A stretch of 64,000 nt of DNA from positions 2,279,195 to 2,343,194 of the forward strand of contig MU004182.1 of NCBI GenBank assembly GCA_010093605.1, given 5' to 3'. Position numbers and translations under genes: made by a program. The first letter of the stretch is position 1, and every line of letters starts with the position of its first letter. The stretch comes from Lophium mytilinum (Eukaryota). This document shows positions 36,952-50,078 of this stretch, in pieces. The notes beneath the pieces were generated by a model. The model made no database searches. It saw only the letters and a program-made list of their open reading frames with translations, and was not told the DNA's origin.

Positions 36952-38723
36952 TTTGGGAAGTTGGAATTGAAGTCGTTGAGAGTCGGGAGTAAGGCCTAAC
37001 ACCCGATACTTGTATGGTCCAATTTGTAGGGGAGCTGTCGTCGGGAGTTTCTAAGCCGTATGAGGGCAAGTCCCGCAGCGGAAATTCTTTGGAAGTGGGA
37101 TAGCGCAATCGGATAGTCGGCAAGCGTCCGTCATCGGCGTTGACGACACCTGCTGCACGTTGGACAATACCATCGTCTCTTATTCCCGGGGTTCCTCACT
37201 CCCTAGCCGACTTCCACTGATTCCTTTGGCCTAATTCAATCTCTACCACGGCTCTTTCGAAGTAATACGACCAAGGCCGACCGAGTCTTGCTTTGAGTTT
37301 TTCTAACTAGCCCGCTACCTTTACTCCCGAGGATATGGATACATCTCGACCACTCAAGTCTGGGATGCTAATCTCCAGTGTCAGCCAAACAATGTCTGCA
37401 CTATTTCAATACTGCAAATGGAAACAGGAATAGTTTACTCGAGAGCTACGAACCCCTCCATCCGGAGAACCAACGTCCAAGCCCAGATCAGAACGACACT
37501 AGACTCTCCGAAATCATCGTCGACATGGGTTCGAGGAGTTCATCTCATTAAACAGACTAAGCTGAGGCACCTACAAGTATAGCTACAAACTAGCTTTGAG
37601 ATCAGCTGCCTCCCATCATCAATCCATATTATCATCCCAAATACTTCCTTCACTCTATCCCACGCGACTTTGTGAATCCATGATGAGGTACTAAACATGC
37701 GAGAATAACAACTTGGAATCGACAAAAGCGCAACTCCATCTGCTCCAGAGATAAAGTTTGCAACTGCCAGGCTGAAAAGCCTATAGAGAAAGCCAGACAA
37801 GACAGTGGTAGTATCACGTGATCGAACACCCCGGCTCACCATTAATTCGACGCTCGTCAAAAGACACTCCGTGCGAATAAAAAGAAGATATGCCTATCCT
37901 AGAATAGCTAATATCACCTTTCATTTCACGGTGAATCCAGATGACCCCCATATGCTGATTTCAGGGGGCCTCTGAGCTATATAAGCTACCAAAATATGCG
38001 AGGGCAAGTCGGACCGAGCCTCCTTTAATTCCGTATCCGCCTCTTCAACCTCATTTCCACATCTTCGTCGGCCTTTTTCAGCAGACTAGTGGACTCCAGC
38101 CCCCGGCGACTCCGTGATAGCGCCTACAGAGTCAATGATGATCAAGAACATTCATCGCCCACTCTGCATCGGCACCCTTTGTGCGCTGCATACTGAGCGG
38201 TGCAAGAATCAACGGAGACTATCTCCATACACAATAGCCTTTGGCTCAACTCGCCAAGGTGATGAACCCGTTAGACTTCCTTGTATATCGTGGTAGTTAC
38301 TTGCAGCCAGAGGTGTCGCGCGCGTGGTCTGGACCCTGTTATTCCGGGTTGTCATAATCGCACTATTGCTCGTCCGTCTGTCTAACCAAATAATACCTCC
38401 TTGGAAGCGCCACGCACCGGTAGGGCCTAGCTTTAATGCATTGGGAAAAGAAGCCCCAACCCCACCTTCCTGAGCGGCTACTCATCGCAACAGACCTCGT
38501 TTAGCCGTGACATTCGTGGTGGAGAGCCCAGGACTGCAGCTGTGTCCAGGCAAGCCACAAGGCACTACTTGATTCGGGTCCATACTATAACTTCTAGCAA
38601 TCCGCTACCTCATGTCTCTCCAGTTTTTTGTCGCTCTCACACTCGTTTGATATCTGTCCAGCTTGACTTGCAGTCTCTGCACCCACACTCTTTTAAGATA
38701 CGTCTTCAGCATAATCTCCAGCC

Positions 38724-40208
38724 ATGTTTTTCCGCGCAGCTGTCGGAGTTCCTCTCCTTCTTTCAAGCCTTGCATCCGCCGCATTAAATGGCACTTACCC
38801 AGCGAGCACCACCACAAACCTCAATTGCGCCACGAAAATGGGCAAACACTCCGCTTGCCCAGTCCCCACTTGCACAAAGCTCTGGACTGTCGAGGCACCT
38901 CCGGTCATTATCCCCTCATATACGCAAATGACATTGACCTATACCGGGAACGCCTCTACGATCACCTCAACCGAGACGGTACAAGTAACCGCTACAGTCA
39001 CGGACTCGACTATCACTGACAGTATGTTGCTTCCTAATACCGATGCGTGTACAATGAACTGATTTCTTCTAGCGTTCTCGACGACATCGACTGAATATGA
39101 CACCATCACCGAGACCATCAGGTACATCCAGCAACCTCAAACCCTTCTTCTAGACCTGAACTGATGTCTCGTAGTACTACGACCACGTTCACTGAGACTG
39201 ACACTGCGACGACTACATCTACCTACACCTCCAGCGTGCCGACAGCGAGTGGCTTTGTACCTGTCTCTGACACGCTCAACGGTTACCCGGGTTCCCAGTC
39301 GCAAAAGAGAAATGACTGGAGCCAACTCGAAGCCCGCGCAGCCAATTCTACGGAGTGCGGTGTCCCGAAGGATGACTATCCCCAGTCTGTTGAGTGTATG
39401 TTTTCAGTTCGCGATATTGAACGAATTGGGCCCCGTGGATGTTCTCGTGCTGATCTTTTGCAGGTTTGGCTGAGATAATGGTTCAGTCAACCAAGTTGGT
39501 TACTGTGACGCAAAGCCCAACCGTGACGATTATCACTCCAGCTCCTTCCAGCACGACTGTGCAATCGACAGCAAGTACCCCTTATTGGTTTTCTGCGGGC
39601 AGTCGCTAATTTCTTCCTCAGACGACGTCTACCTCCACCATCGTTCCCGACGATGTTTCGACAACGGAAAGGTAAACCCGATGCTAAGAGCTACACCCTG
39701 CCAACTGAAGCTAACATCTTGCAGCTTCTCGACCACAGAAACTATGACCGAAACCGCCGTAAGTCCCCAATTCGCGCACTCTCACCCGGGCCGTCCATCC
39801 CACTGACATCGGTAGACTCTATCCTTCACTGAGACCGCTACGACTACCACTACCGTGGAAGCTGCAGCTGCAACGACCGTTATCGCAGCCTGCGCGGCCG
39901 ATAACATCGTTGGGCCAATTGACGGCCGCAGTATCTATAATGTCTTCAACATCGGTCCGAATGCAGCAACTATATACGACAATGCAGCAGCTACATCCGC
40001 TTACGACTGCTGTGCTCAATGCTTCAACAAGGACGGTTGCACCGGCTCTATCTACGGATATGGCAGGTGCCTCTTGATGCACAACAGCGCCCGCACATGC
40101 GACAGCCAGAGTGCGAATGTTGCGTACTTCGTAGCTCAGACGGGCTCCGGAGGTTACGCTGTTAGCAACGGCAACTGTGGGTACCTGTATGATCATGGCG
40201 CTTCGTAG
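38724..40208 (+). CDS. Secreted Thr-rich protein with a C-terminal Cys-rich (apple/PAN-like) domain; 7 exons
   Basis: Signal MFFRAAVGVPLLLSSLASA. Introns 39022-39072, 39122-39174, 39396-39463, 39571-39621 (GC-AG) and two more near 39672-39724 and 39759-39815 keep a continuous Thr-rich frame. Ends YDCCAQC...C...C...VSNGNCG. Confidence 0.75.
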
Positions 40209-40874
40209 AGGCCCTTCATCGTGCTCGTGAGACGGCTGCTAGAACAACATCACACCGCTGTAGGATCTCATCTTACGTTGAATAGTAACTTTTAATACAA
40301 CTCTTAGTTTGGCGCCAAGCATTGAGTCAACCGTGTTGATTTTTACGTTCCGGCTTAATGCCAGATGAAGCAACGCAGGGCCTCGGACAGTGATGAGCAG
40401 AAGGGCACAGGCTTATGTCCAAAAGCCTCCACGGACTCGGAACTTGCGCTAGTCGAACACTCATTATTAGCAGCTGCATGCATGTAGCTGATGTGCGAAG
40501 GATCACTACTCGGACCCCGTCGGGTTGTTTCAAAAAGATCATAGATCAGCCCGTACGTACGACGGGGCCCGTGTACGGGGTGGGGGGTGGCGGGAGGAGC
40601 GATCATACAACCGGGTATCTGACCTGCATCGCTATGCAAACCAAGGGTTTTACAAGCAGATCCGCTAATATATTTCTTAGAGTTTGTCGGCTCGCCTAAT
40701 CACAATCGGCGTGGCTTCAGCCTCAAGCTTGAGCATGTAGATATACATACAAGCGCGCTCTCAACAGCCGCATCTACTGTACCTCTAGAGTAAGCGTGAA
40801 ACATTACGACTCCATAACTCAGGAGCTTGTAGCAAGTCAACGGCGATGCCTCACCAACAGTTCCAAATCTTCGC

Positions 40875-43800
40875 TCACGACTCCGCAAGATGGAAATACA
40901 ACGCCGCCAACGCTGCCGACAGCGTCGCAACCATCCACTGGCCAATACCGAACCCAGACTCCTGCGTCTTCATCGCCAATGCCACGACGATCGAGACCAC
41001 GAAACTCAACACCAGAATGATACAGAGGGATAGACTCAGCAACGGCTTGTTCGGTCCTTCGATAATATGGATGCCCCAACCCAACGTCAGCTCATTAGGT
41101 ACGCTCTGCTTTAAAATGCTCGAATGCAACTTCTTCGGCATACGATCGAAGAACAGCCGACTCTGGCTGCCAGCGTGCTGCTCGTGGTTCCAGAAATAGT
41201 GGAAGAATGTCCTATGGTCGATCGGAGGAAGTGGGTCTAGCGGACACTCATGGTAGTGGTATCGTTGCTCTTTGACTTCTAAGTGAGGTGGAATGGCCAT
41301 CGGCTTGTCGTACACGCCTACGCGGTGGCTGTCAACGACGCCAAAGCGCACGAATTGGATATCGACGGGTTTGAAGAGGAAGCCAAATCGGCGGCTGCGG
41401 CGGAGGGAGTGGTAGCGTGCGTGAACTAAGGAGAAGAAAGCGCTGTCGGTTTTGACCTCGGTGATGCCGTTGCTGGTTCTAGAGGTTAAGGGGATCTCGC
41501 CGAGGCTGATGCGGAGGGTCCCGGTATTGACGCATAGTTCGAAGAAGCGGTCTGTAGCTTGCCTGGTGCTAGGGCTTCTGAAGTTGATGCATTGGGACAG
41601 TGGATAGACGTTCTGCGTGTTCGAGTTGGGATTTCCTGGGGCCCCTAACGTTTGCCGGGGGAATAGCGGCTGAGAGCTAATCCCAGTGGATCCAGAACTC
41701 GTTGGCATCAATACAGCGTTGTCGATTGTACTGGGCGTGTTTTGAAGCGTTACTCCCAATCGATGTGGCGTAGTCTGGTCGTGATCTTTTACCCTATCCT
41801 GAGATCCATCCAGCTTGTTTTCTTCCACTACTTCGAAACGATGGTCGATATCATCATTCGATCTAACATCATATTTCTGTCCCACCTCTACATCAGACAA
41901 CACACACTTGTTGCACATGCAGTATTCTTCTTCTGGGGCCTTGGTCAGGTGCTCTATACAGAGTTGCCGTTTGAAGGACTCTAGTGCATGTATATCATCG
42001 CACTTGTAGTCGCCGTACATTGATTCGCCACAGCTCTGGGAAGGGCAGAGATTTATTAGCAGGCATCTTCAGAAGAATAGACTCAAAGTGAATCCCATCA
42101 CAAACGCGGTAACCAACTATGCCAAGTTCAAGACTGGTTCGAGTGGGCATATTTAGGCTGTCTTGACTTCCGGAAACTGTGTAGATCTTTGAACTTCATG
42201 AAGAACTCAAGACTTACACAAGTCCACTCAAGCCGCTCATATCCAACTTTAACACGCGGACGTAAAGCTACTTTGATTCCAGCTATAAGGCGAGAAAGGC
42301 TTAAAGGTAGGTATACCTCGACACTGGCGATCTTTGGCAAGCGCGGAGTAGAATACGGTGAGATCACTTTGGCTCCATCGTTTGCATTAGAAGGGGATAT
42401 TGAATCGGGGAGCTCTTCTGCTCTAGGCTCGTTGTTCAGGCGGGAGGCCTGCGCCGCCTGCCCAAACTTGGCTTTGTCGCCCTGAACCTGAGCCTGATTT
42501 TCTGCCTCTGGGATCTTTTGGGTCTTGAAGTGATCATCATTCAACGAGGGAGAGATATCAGCATCGTGTGTGACTTGACCAAGCGAAGAGACCCCGAAGT
42601 TGTCTCCAAAACCCATCGCATTTGCCCTATTAAGTGGCCCTCCCCCAACAAGCAGATTAAAGTCTAGAGTCGTTTGGACGGTTGGCGATTCGGTAGCCTG
42701 AGGGGCGTGTTCAATTTCGGAGAGTATGAGATTGAGAGGCGCGTCGCGTATTGTTTCTTTACCACATTCGACGCACATGTCCGCGGAGTGGGTCCTGTGG
42801 GTATGTGAAGACTCCTCTTTATTCCGGACGGCCTCTAAGTCAGAAAAGGGCCGCTGAAGTGGGGCACTATTTTCTGGCGGTCCGTCGTTCTTCGTGTGAT
42901 CAGCTTCAGTTGCTGCAACTTGTTGCTGGTTATCTTTTCGCTCAGTGGACTCTTGCTGGCGAACGAATGCTTCAGAATAATGCGTGGCCTGGCGCCTTGT
43001 CTCCTTTGCGAGGTCTGCTTGGGTTTGGTACCATAGATCAACGTCGTCTTTCGTCTGGCCTTTTTGGAAATCGTCGGCCTTCACCCATAGTAATGCCTGA
43101 CCGCGATCTTCTTCCTTTAACGGCGCGAGATCTCCAGAATCAGATATGGAGCGACGAGGTAACTTCTCCACTGCTTCACTAACTCCAGGGGAGAGTTTCG
43201 TCCTTTTGGAAGAAAGAGAGGAACGACTGCCTTCTCGATAACTATGACCTAAATGGTTTCCACGACCAGCGCGGATGCCTCTTCCCCCCTGGTTGGATGA
43301 AGTGAACGGAACTGGAACAAACGGAAACTGAACCCAATCTGGCGTTGTATTTGGTTTCAACGAAGAGTTTTGATTGCGCTCATTCTCAATCTTGGGATCC
43401 TTGTCCTGGGGCATTTTCTCCCATCCATGTAATGAGGTGTCTGGGGTGGGCCACCATTCTGCTTTTAGAGCTGATTCAACTGAAGATAGGCTGGCAGGTA
43501 GCGCTTCCGGCTGCCGGAACAGTGTACTCCCGTCTGTACGTTGATCAGACCTAACACCAAGCGGGTTCTTTGAGAAGGTAAGACGTATGCCACCTTTGGT
43601 ACTGTTCGGCAGAGGATAGGCGTACAAGTGGTTTAGCGATTTGGTTGCCGATACAACATCCTCGAATTCGACGGAACACATTGGGCCATTCTGCTTAGTA
43701 CGAAAACATAGTCTTTTATATCCAGGTTCTCGAGAGAATAGGGACTTCAGCAGATCTTCCGGAGTGTCAATGGGCAAATTTCCCACATAGAGTGTGTTGC

Positions 43801-44734
43801 ATGGAGGATTATGATCCGCTGGATTATTTGGAGGAAAATTGGATCTAGTAGAAAGTGAGAAGATTGACCAGGTATGATAGGTATTTAAAGCTTCAAAAGC
43901 CGAGTTTGAATGAGGACAAATTAGTAGACACTAGTTCTCGTGGTACTTACGGGGAAGATGTTGATGGAGCCAAGCGTGGCTCAGGCCCAAGAGAGTGTTT
44001 GCGAGATGATGCAGTGCCGACGGGGACGGTGTTGCCGCTTCCTCTATTACGCTTCTTGATGACATCCGTTTTCAGCGATAGTGGCCGAACAACACCATGC
44101 AGCTTTAAGAAGAGACCGCACGCATTGCATAGCGGACGCCCTTCGGCGTTTTGTCGCCATAATGGGGTAATCTGGGTGAAGCAATTCGTGCACGTCGTCG
44201 GCACGTCGTTCTGGTCACCCTGTTCGGTTCCACCCGGAAGGGCAGGCCCCATCTCGAGTGATAGTATAGGATTTGATTCAGATAACAGAACTTTTGGTTG
44301 AGGGTTGTCTGCTAATCCTGGCGAACAGCTAGGAGGATGCTCATACAGTACGAATGGTTCAGAGCTAGAGCCAGATCGTCGCTCGAAACCTTCCAGCCTT
44401 TCCTTTAGTTTCTTGCCTATGGACCGTGAGCTGCAAAAGCCTGTACAACAACAGATACTCGCCTACGGTAATTGCGTTGAGCGATCCGATTCTGAACACG
44501 TCTCCGATCGGCCAGATCCGAGATCTCAGTGAACGATCCTGTAGAGGCATACTCCGCACTATATGAGGGCAATGAGTTTGGTCCATGGCGCGCACTTTTT
44601 GATGCGTCAGCATCTCGTGTTCTTTACAGTATGGAGTCTTTCGAATTCTTCATCAGAACTCACTCGCTGCTCTCATCGTCCGGGACACCTCCAGCGGACG
44701 TTGGTGGGTGTTGAGCTACCCACATAGGCTCCAT
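40875..44734 (-). CDS. Chimeric protein: bZIP basic region + AreA-type GATA finger + Whi3-type RRM + uncharacterised C-terminal domain with 2 TM helices (~1150 aa)
   Basis: Exons 44734-44664, 44594-44467, 44416-43951, 43844-42218 and 42035-40875 (71+128+466+1627+1161 = 3453 nt). Splice phases are consistent and there are no internal stops. The first exon is the least certain. Confidence 0.75.
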
Positions 44735-45466
44735 GACGGCTGTGATACTTCGGGTCGACCTTCAATTTCGACGAGACTACACGAGTATGGAGAGAATGCA
44801 GAGATGATTGAATGGAAAAATGTGGAAAATCCCCGGCTGCTTTCCCCAAGACCGCAGGCGTCGCAGTATATCCGGTCTCCAAGGCTGAACCGAAAAATAT
44901 GAAGATCCCGGCCAGATGGTCAAGAGGAATGATAGATGGACAATCTTATGCGAACGTGAACAATTAGCCTGATTGCACGTACAAGCTGCAGCAGTTCGTA
45001 CTCGAAGAATGATCATTCAGTCGGAATACAGGCGGGTTATGTTGAGGCTCGTTCGCCTTGAGGCAGAGGCGAAGGCTGATTCTCACATGCATGAGGCGCT
45101 TAGCCTGGGATGTCCTTAGCGCTTGGTTGGGAGAGTTGATTGGTTGACCCTTTCCGGCGCTGGATTAAGTATAAGAGGCGGCTGAGTGGTTTTTTGGTTC
45201 TCAGCTCTTTAGGTTTAGTTGCTGTAGTCCAATTTCTATGCATTAGAACGGCCCTGGCCAAGTTTAGCTGAAATAGTTTCGCGTGATTTACTCGTGTGAC
45301 CACTGCAAGCCGCAAGTACGTGGGCCTTCCCACAATCATTTGCCGTACATATACCGTCTCTCTAGTATCAATTCTGTATCGTTCGCGACCCAAACGCCAC
45401 CTCCAGTATCCGAAGCACGCCAGCCATAAACACATATCCTAAATCCAACATCAACCCCAGTCTTAA

Positions 45467-46463
45467 TTATCCCTGTGCATTCCCATCACCATTTGTCCCC
45501 CCTCCCGTTACACTAGCCACAAACTCATTGTACCGAAATACCTCTCCTCGTCCTCCTTGCCCGCCAAGCCCCATTCCTTTCCCTCCTTTACTAAAGGCTT
45601 TCCGACCACTGAACCCCTCCACCACTCTATCAATCTCCCGCTCACTCAGCTTGCTCTCTCCGGGCTCAGGCGCCGTATGCAACAAAGCATCCTTCAACTC
45701 CGCCAGGTCAATCTGACCCGAGTCGTCATCGTCGAATGCGGAGAAAGCCGCATTGAGTTCCGACGGGTGTGACAGCGGTGCAAGTAACCCAGCAAGGGTG
45801 TTCAGGTATGTTGCCAAGTTCATCGTCTGTGATCCGGCGGGGAAGTACGCGGACAACGAGGCGGGCGAGCTGTCTAGTCCAAGTTGGTTCAGCATGTCGG
45901 CGACATCGGCTGCGGCGATGATGCCAGTGTTGGAGCGATCGAGCACGCTGAAGGATTCGCGCATGCTATGCAGAAGAGGAGGTGGTATTTTAGTCATTGG
46001 GTCGCCGCTAGCGGTGCGCGTGAGGGGTACGGGGCGTGAGGATGATGCTCGTGGTGAGCCCGTGGCGTCGTATGAGGGCAGCGGGTTGGTCGGCCGGAGC
46101 GTGGAAGTTGTGGCGCTGGAACGCGTTGGAGACGTCGGCGGTTCTGGTGTAGCGGTCGTCCCGCGGGTTGTGAGCCATGTTGGCGGGGGGTTCGACGAAG
46201 CGTTGGTGGCTGTGGTTGGGCGAAGGGACGCCTGTGAGATCTTCTCCGGCGAGAGATTGGAAGGAGTGGCTGGCTTGAGGGGAGAGCTGGTAGGTGTCGT
46301 GGCTCTGACGGTCGCTGGAGACGTGAGAGGAGAGTTCGGCCGTCTGAAGGGCGAAGTGCGCGGGCTGTTGAAGGAGAGAGGGGATGGTTTGTATGGATTC
46401 GGAGTGGCAGACTAAGATTGTGAGTGGACGGAAGTGATTCCTCGTAGAACTCATACGCACCAT
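45467..46463 (-). CDS. EF-hand protein (myosin regulatory light chain/calmodulin-like) with Pro/Ser-rich N-terminus; intron 46412-46460 directly after the ATG
   Basis: M|SATPNPYKPSPLSFNSPRTSPFRRP...; EF hands MRESFSVLDRSNTG and AFSAFDDDDSGQIDLAELKDAL; exon 46411-45467 is 945 nt. Confidence 0.8.
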
Positions 46464-46919
46464 GACTGGTTATCGCGTTCTAAGTTGGATGTGAGGCGTG
46501 ATGGATGCTCCTGGTCGCGTAAAGTCTGTATAGCGGCGTGGTGTTGATGTTTGCGCGGGCTTAAAGTGGCGCGGCAACCGCCGAGAGCACGTGGTTCGGG
46601 GGTCGAAATAAAGTTGTTAGCGTGCTGGTTCCTACGCAGGGCCGCCCGCAATGCGACAGGGCGGTGTGCTCGGGGGTCTCTCCGCAGTGCAGCATCTGAT
46701 GCACGACAGAGGGGACGCTACTGAGCTCCTGAAATCACCCAATTCGACTCGTCCACCCTCCTCAATTATGTTTTGACCCCCTCGTCTCGTTCTACAGCAG
46801 CTATATACTATTTGCGCCATCCCTTTCTGGCAGGACACCTAAGGCGCATTCCCCATCCTTCCAGATCCTGGTGATCGTCTTCTAGGGACGGACTTGACCC
46901 TCATATTGGATAGACCCGA

Positions 46920-49528
46920 ATGGCTTCAGCAATGGCCCAGCGCCCAGCTGTCAATGGCGTCCCCTCTGCCCAGCACGTTCTCCAGCGCCAATCGTCCCTC
47001 TCCTCCTTCCCTCATCCTCAGTCCCGCTCGCCCTCGTCCCAATCCACGCGAAATACCCGCCCTGGGCGCTCACCGCAGCCGCCGACGGTCAGAGAGTCAG
47101 GAGGCTCCTCTGAATCTTCAGCAAGCCTCTCCCACGAATCCTCAATGTCCGTCTTACCAAGTGCCCCGAAACGCAGATTGCGCTCGCAATACCCCGCCGA
47201 GTCCTCCGAGAACCATGTCGAGTACATTTTGGTCGCGTCGTTTGACATTGACCACGGTTCTGTCATGGAGCACCAATACCCGGCTCCCATAAGCGGAGAC
47301 GAGACCATGCTGGCTGAGTTGATGTTGCCGGATCAAACCCACATGCGCAGTCAGGATTGGACAATCTTCTTTCTGCACAAGGACACAAGCGCGGAAGAAG
47401 AGGCTAGGGAAGAGCGGAGAGAGAGGAGAAGACAGAGACGGAGACGGAAGGAGGGTCTGGATAGTGACGATCCAGCGATAGAGGGAGGCGAGGCCAACGC
47501 AGACGTTGAGGATCTGGATGATGATGATTTCGACACCGAAGACGAGGAGGACGAAGACGACGATGGTATTGAGGGGCCTCCTCTCGTATATGTACTCAAT
47601 CTTGTCAATACTAAGCAAGATATCAAACACAAAAGGTAAGTTTATGATCCTTCAATTGGAGATGGTAGTAAGCTCATCCCTGTCCAAGAGGCGCAATTGT
47701 TAAGGCGATGGCAATATGTACGCGGCATTCTTTTTTACATATCTACAAGGTATGGACTCTCAAGTTAATGTACACTGGCTGCTATACTGATGATACTTAG
47801 CCTCTTCTCCTCTTAGCGCTCGAAGAGTACTTCCGCGTCCCGGTTCCTGAGACGCTCGCTTCTCTGTATAACGCCGTGAATTCGATGGATCTCTCCCTGA
47901 TGCCAAAGCTATCGCCCTTAGAGGGATTTATCCTTCAGGCTAGCGATGCCAAAGACATGTTCATTGAGAAATTTGACCTGATGATCAAACAGCGCATGGT
48001 TGAGGATGCTGAACGAGATTCGTTACCTTCCTCATCAGGGTCGAACATGTCTCCAGCACGGCACAACGCTACGAAATACGTTCTTCCACGCGATACTCAC
48101 GAGTTTGACTCCCGTGTGCATTACAATGGCATCCCCGTACCAATTAAAGTGCCAACAGCCATCAGCCCCGAAACTGTTGGCGACTTCTCTCTGATCAAGC
48201 TGATTCAGACTTTCTCGACACCACATGCCACTTCTCCGCAACCATTCGCGCTCCACCCTCACCTCACGACGAGCGGTGCCTACACTCACCCCATCATCGT
48301 TCTGGTCAATGCGCTGCTTACTCAAAAACGTATCGTCTTTCTCGGACACAACAGGCCATCCGGAGAAGTCGCCGAGGCTGTGTTAGCTGCATGTGCGCTC
48401 GCTTCTGGTGGCCAGCTCCGAGGCTTCACTCGGCACGCGTTTCCATATACCGATCTCACCAAGATCGACGATTTACTGAAAGTTCCTGGCTTCATCGCTG
48501 GTGTAACAAATCAAATCTTCACTCACAAAGTAGAATGGTGGGACCTGCTTTGCGACCTTCCCACAGGTCGGATGAAGATCAGTAGCCGTATTGAGGCTGC
48601 TCCTGCCTCTGAAGGGGTGCAGTTCTTTCAACAACAGCAAGCTGGGCTTGGAGGCAACCCGAGCCTCGGCGCACAGATCGCCAGTGCAGTGACAGCGGGC
48701 GAAGGTAAGGGCGCTGTGGACTTGACTGGTGATAACGCATTCATGGAAGGCTTGCTGCAAGCAATCGCAAATCGTCACGGCGAGGCTGCCATTCGAAGCA
48801 AGTGGCGTTTCTGGGTCTTGAAGTTCACTCGGTTAGCTGCTGCATTCGAGGAGCTTGTGTACGGCGCATCCGCATTATACATCGGGCCGCACGAGACCGA
48901 GGACGGAGCAGGCGCATACGGCGTATTCGGCCACGGATACGTCTGGAACGACGACGTTTCTCGCATGAAGGAACTAGCTGCGAACACGCATCGTATCGAA
49001 GGATGGAGGGTTACTCGAAGCTATTTTACATTTATTCAGGATCTAGCAAGGCGGTGGGAGAAACGGCCTGTCCGCGGAATCGACCTACAACATCAGCATG
49101 ATCGACTTCGCTGCGCAAGGCTCAGCCATGACCAAAGTGCCGCCATCTACCTTGCTTTTGCGCAGGCTGTGGAAGAAGCCGGTCCTAGCTACTCGCCATC
49201 GGATTCGATGGCGGATCTTTCATCAGGCGTCAATAGCATCAGTATGGATGCTAGTGGTGAGCTGTCGCCACGGAGACCACCGAGCGAGCAGCTGCAGTAC
49301 GACACCATTTTGCAATTGCTGACAGTCGTCCCGGAGACGAACAGCGGCCTGTTTTACATCTCTTTAGGACTGTTCCACCCGCGGCCAGACGTACGCATCG
49401 CAGTTGTCAAGCTACTAGAGCGCATCGTAGAACATCCTGCAGGTCGACATTTTTGGGCTAGCCTGGGGCGATTCGCGAAGCTAGCATTCTTCAGAGTAAA
49501 GAGAGAAGAGACTGGAGCGGGGAGGTGA
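46920..49528 (+). CDS. mesA: Afi1/MesA polarity protein (Arf3-interacting, DENN-like); introns ~47636-47688 and ~47750-47800
   Basis: [78 protein letters not shown] and FPYTDL. Confidence 0.9.
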
Positions 49529-50078
49529 CACCATTGACTGATGACATCCCGACACCTCGTCGTCGGCGATTCATCACAGCATGATTTACGAGATGACGAA
49601 GCGGGACTGGCGTGTCAATTGGGAACATCTACGAGCATATTTGCGGATCCGCACGACCTATGGCGGATGACGAGCTCTTGACATAGGGGGTTGCATATAT
49701 CATGCTTTATACCGTGTAAGCATTGTCCGAGTTATTTAAGGAGCCCAAGAGGGCAGAGTTTCAAAGACTTTCCTCCCTTCACAAGGATCCGTAGCAGTCA
49801 CGTGCATCACATGCTGCACGTCGCAAGAACAGGCGTTGAGGTAAGGTTTGGTTGAGTTTTGTTGTGAAGCATCCAAGCCTTTGGTTCATCTTGTGAAGCC
49901 ATTGTCAGAGCCGTTGTATCCGTCCACATAGGCATGTTTTCTTTTGGTAGGTCTCTCAGTCACTGTTGTGAACTGTATGGAATCCGTCGCCATACTCGTC
50001 AAGCATCGTCCAGTACGCCTCCAAAAGAGCAGTTCATCTCCGATGGCTGAGTAATCCTTCCTCCACAGCTTTGCTAGT

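Noticed and set aside
42128..43786. Calling this ORF whi3
   Set aside because: In Whi3 the RRM is C-terminal, after Q-rich regions. Here it is followed by ~450 aa of unrelated sequence and a spliced TM-bearing domain.
43947..44252. Calling this ORF the areA/nit-2 gene
   Set aside because: Only the finger and short flanks match. The long N-terminus and conserved C-terminus of AreA are absent, and the exon splices into unrelated modules.
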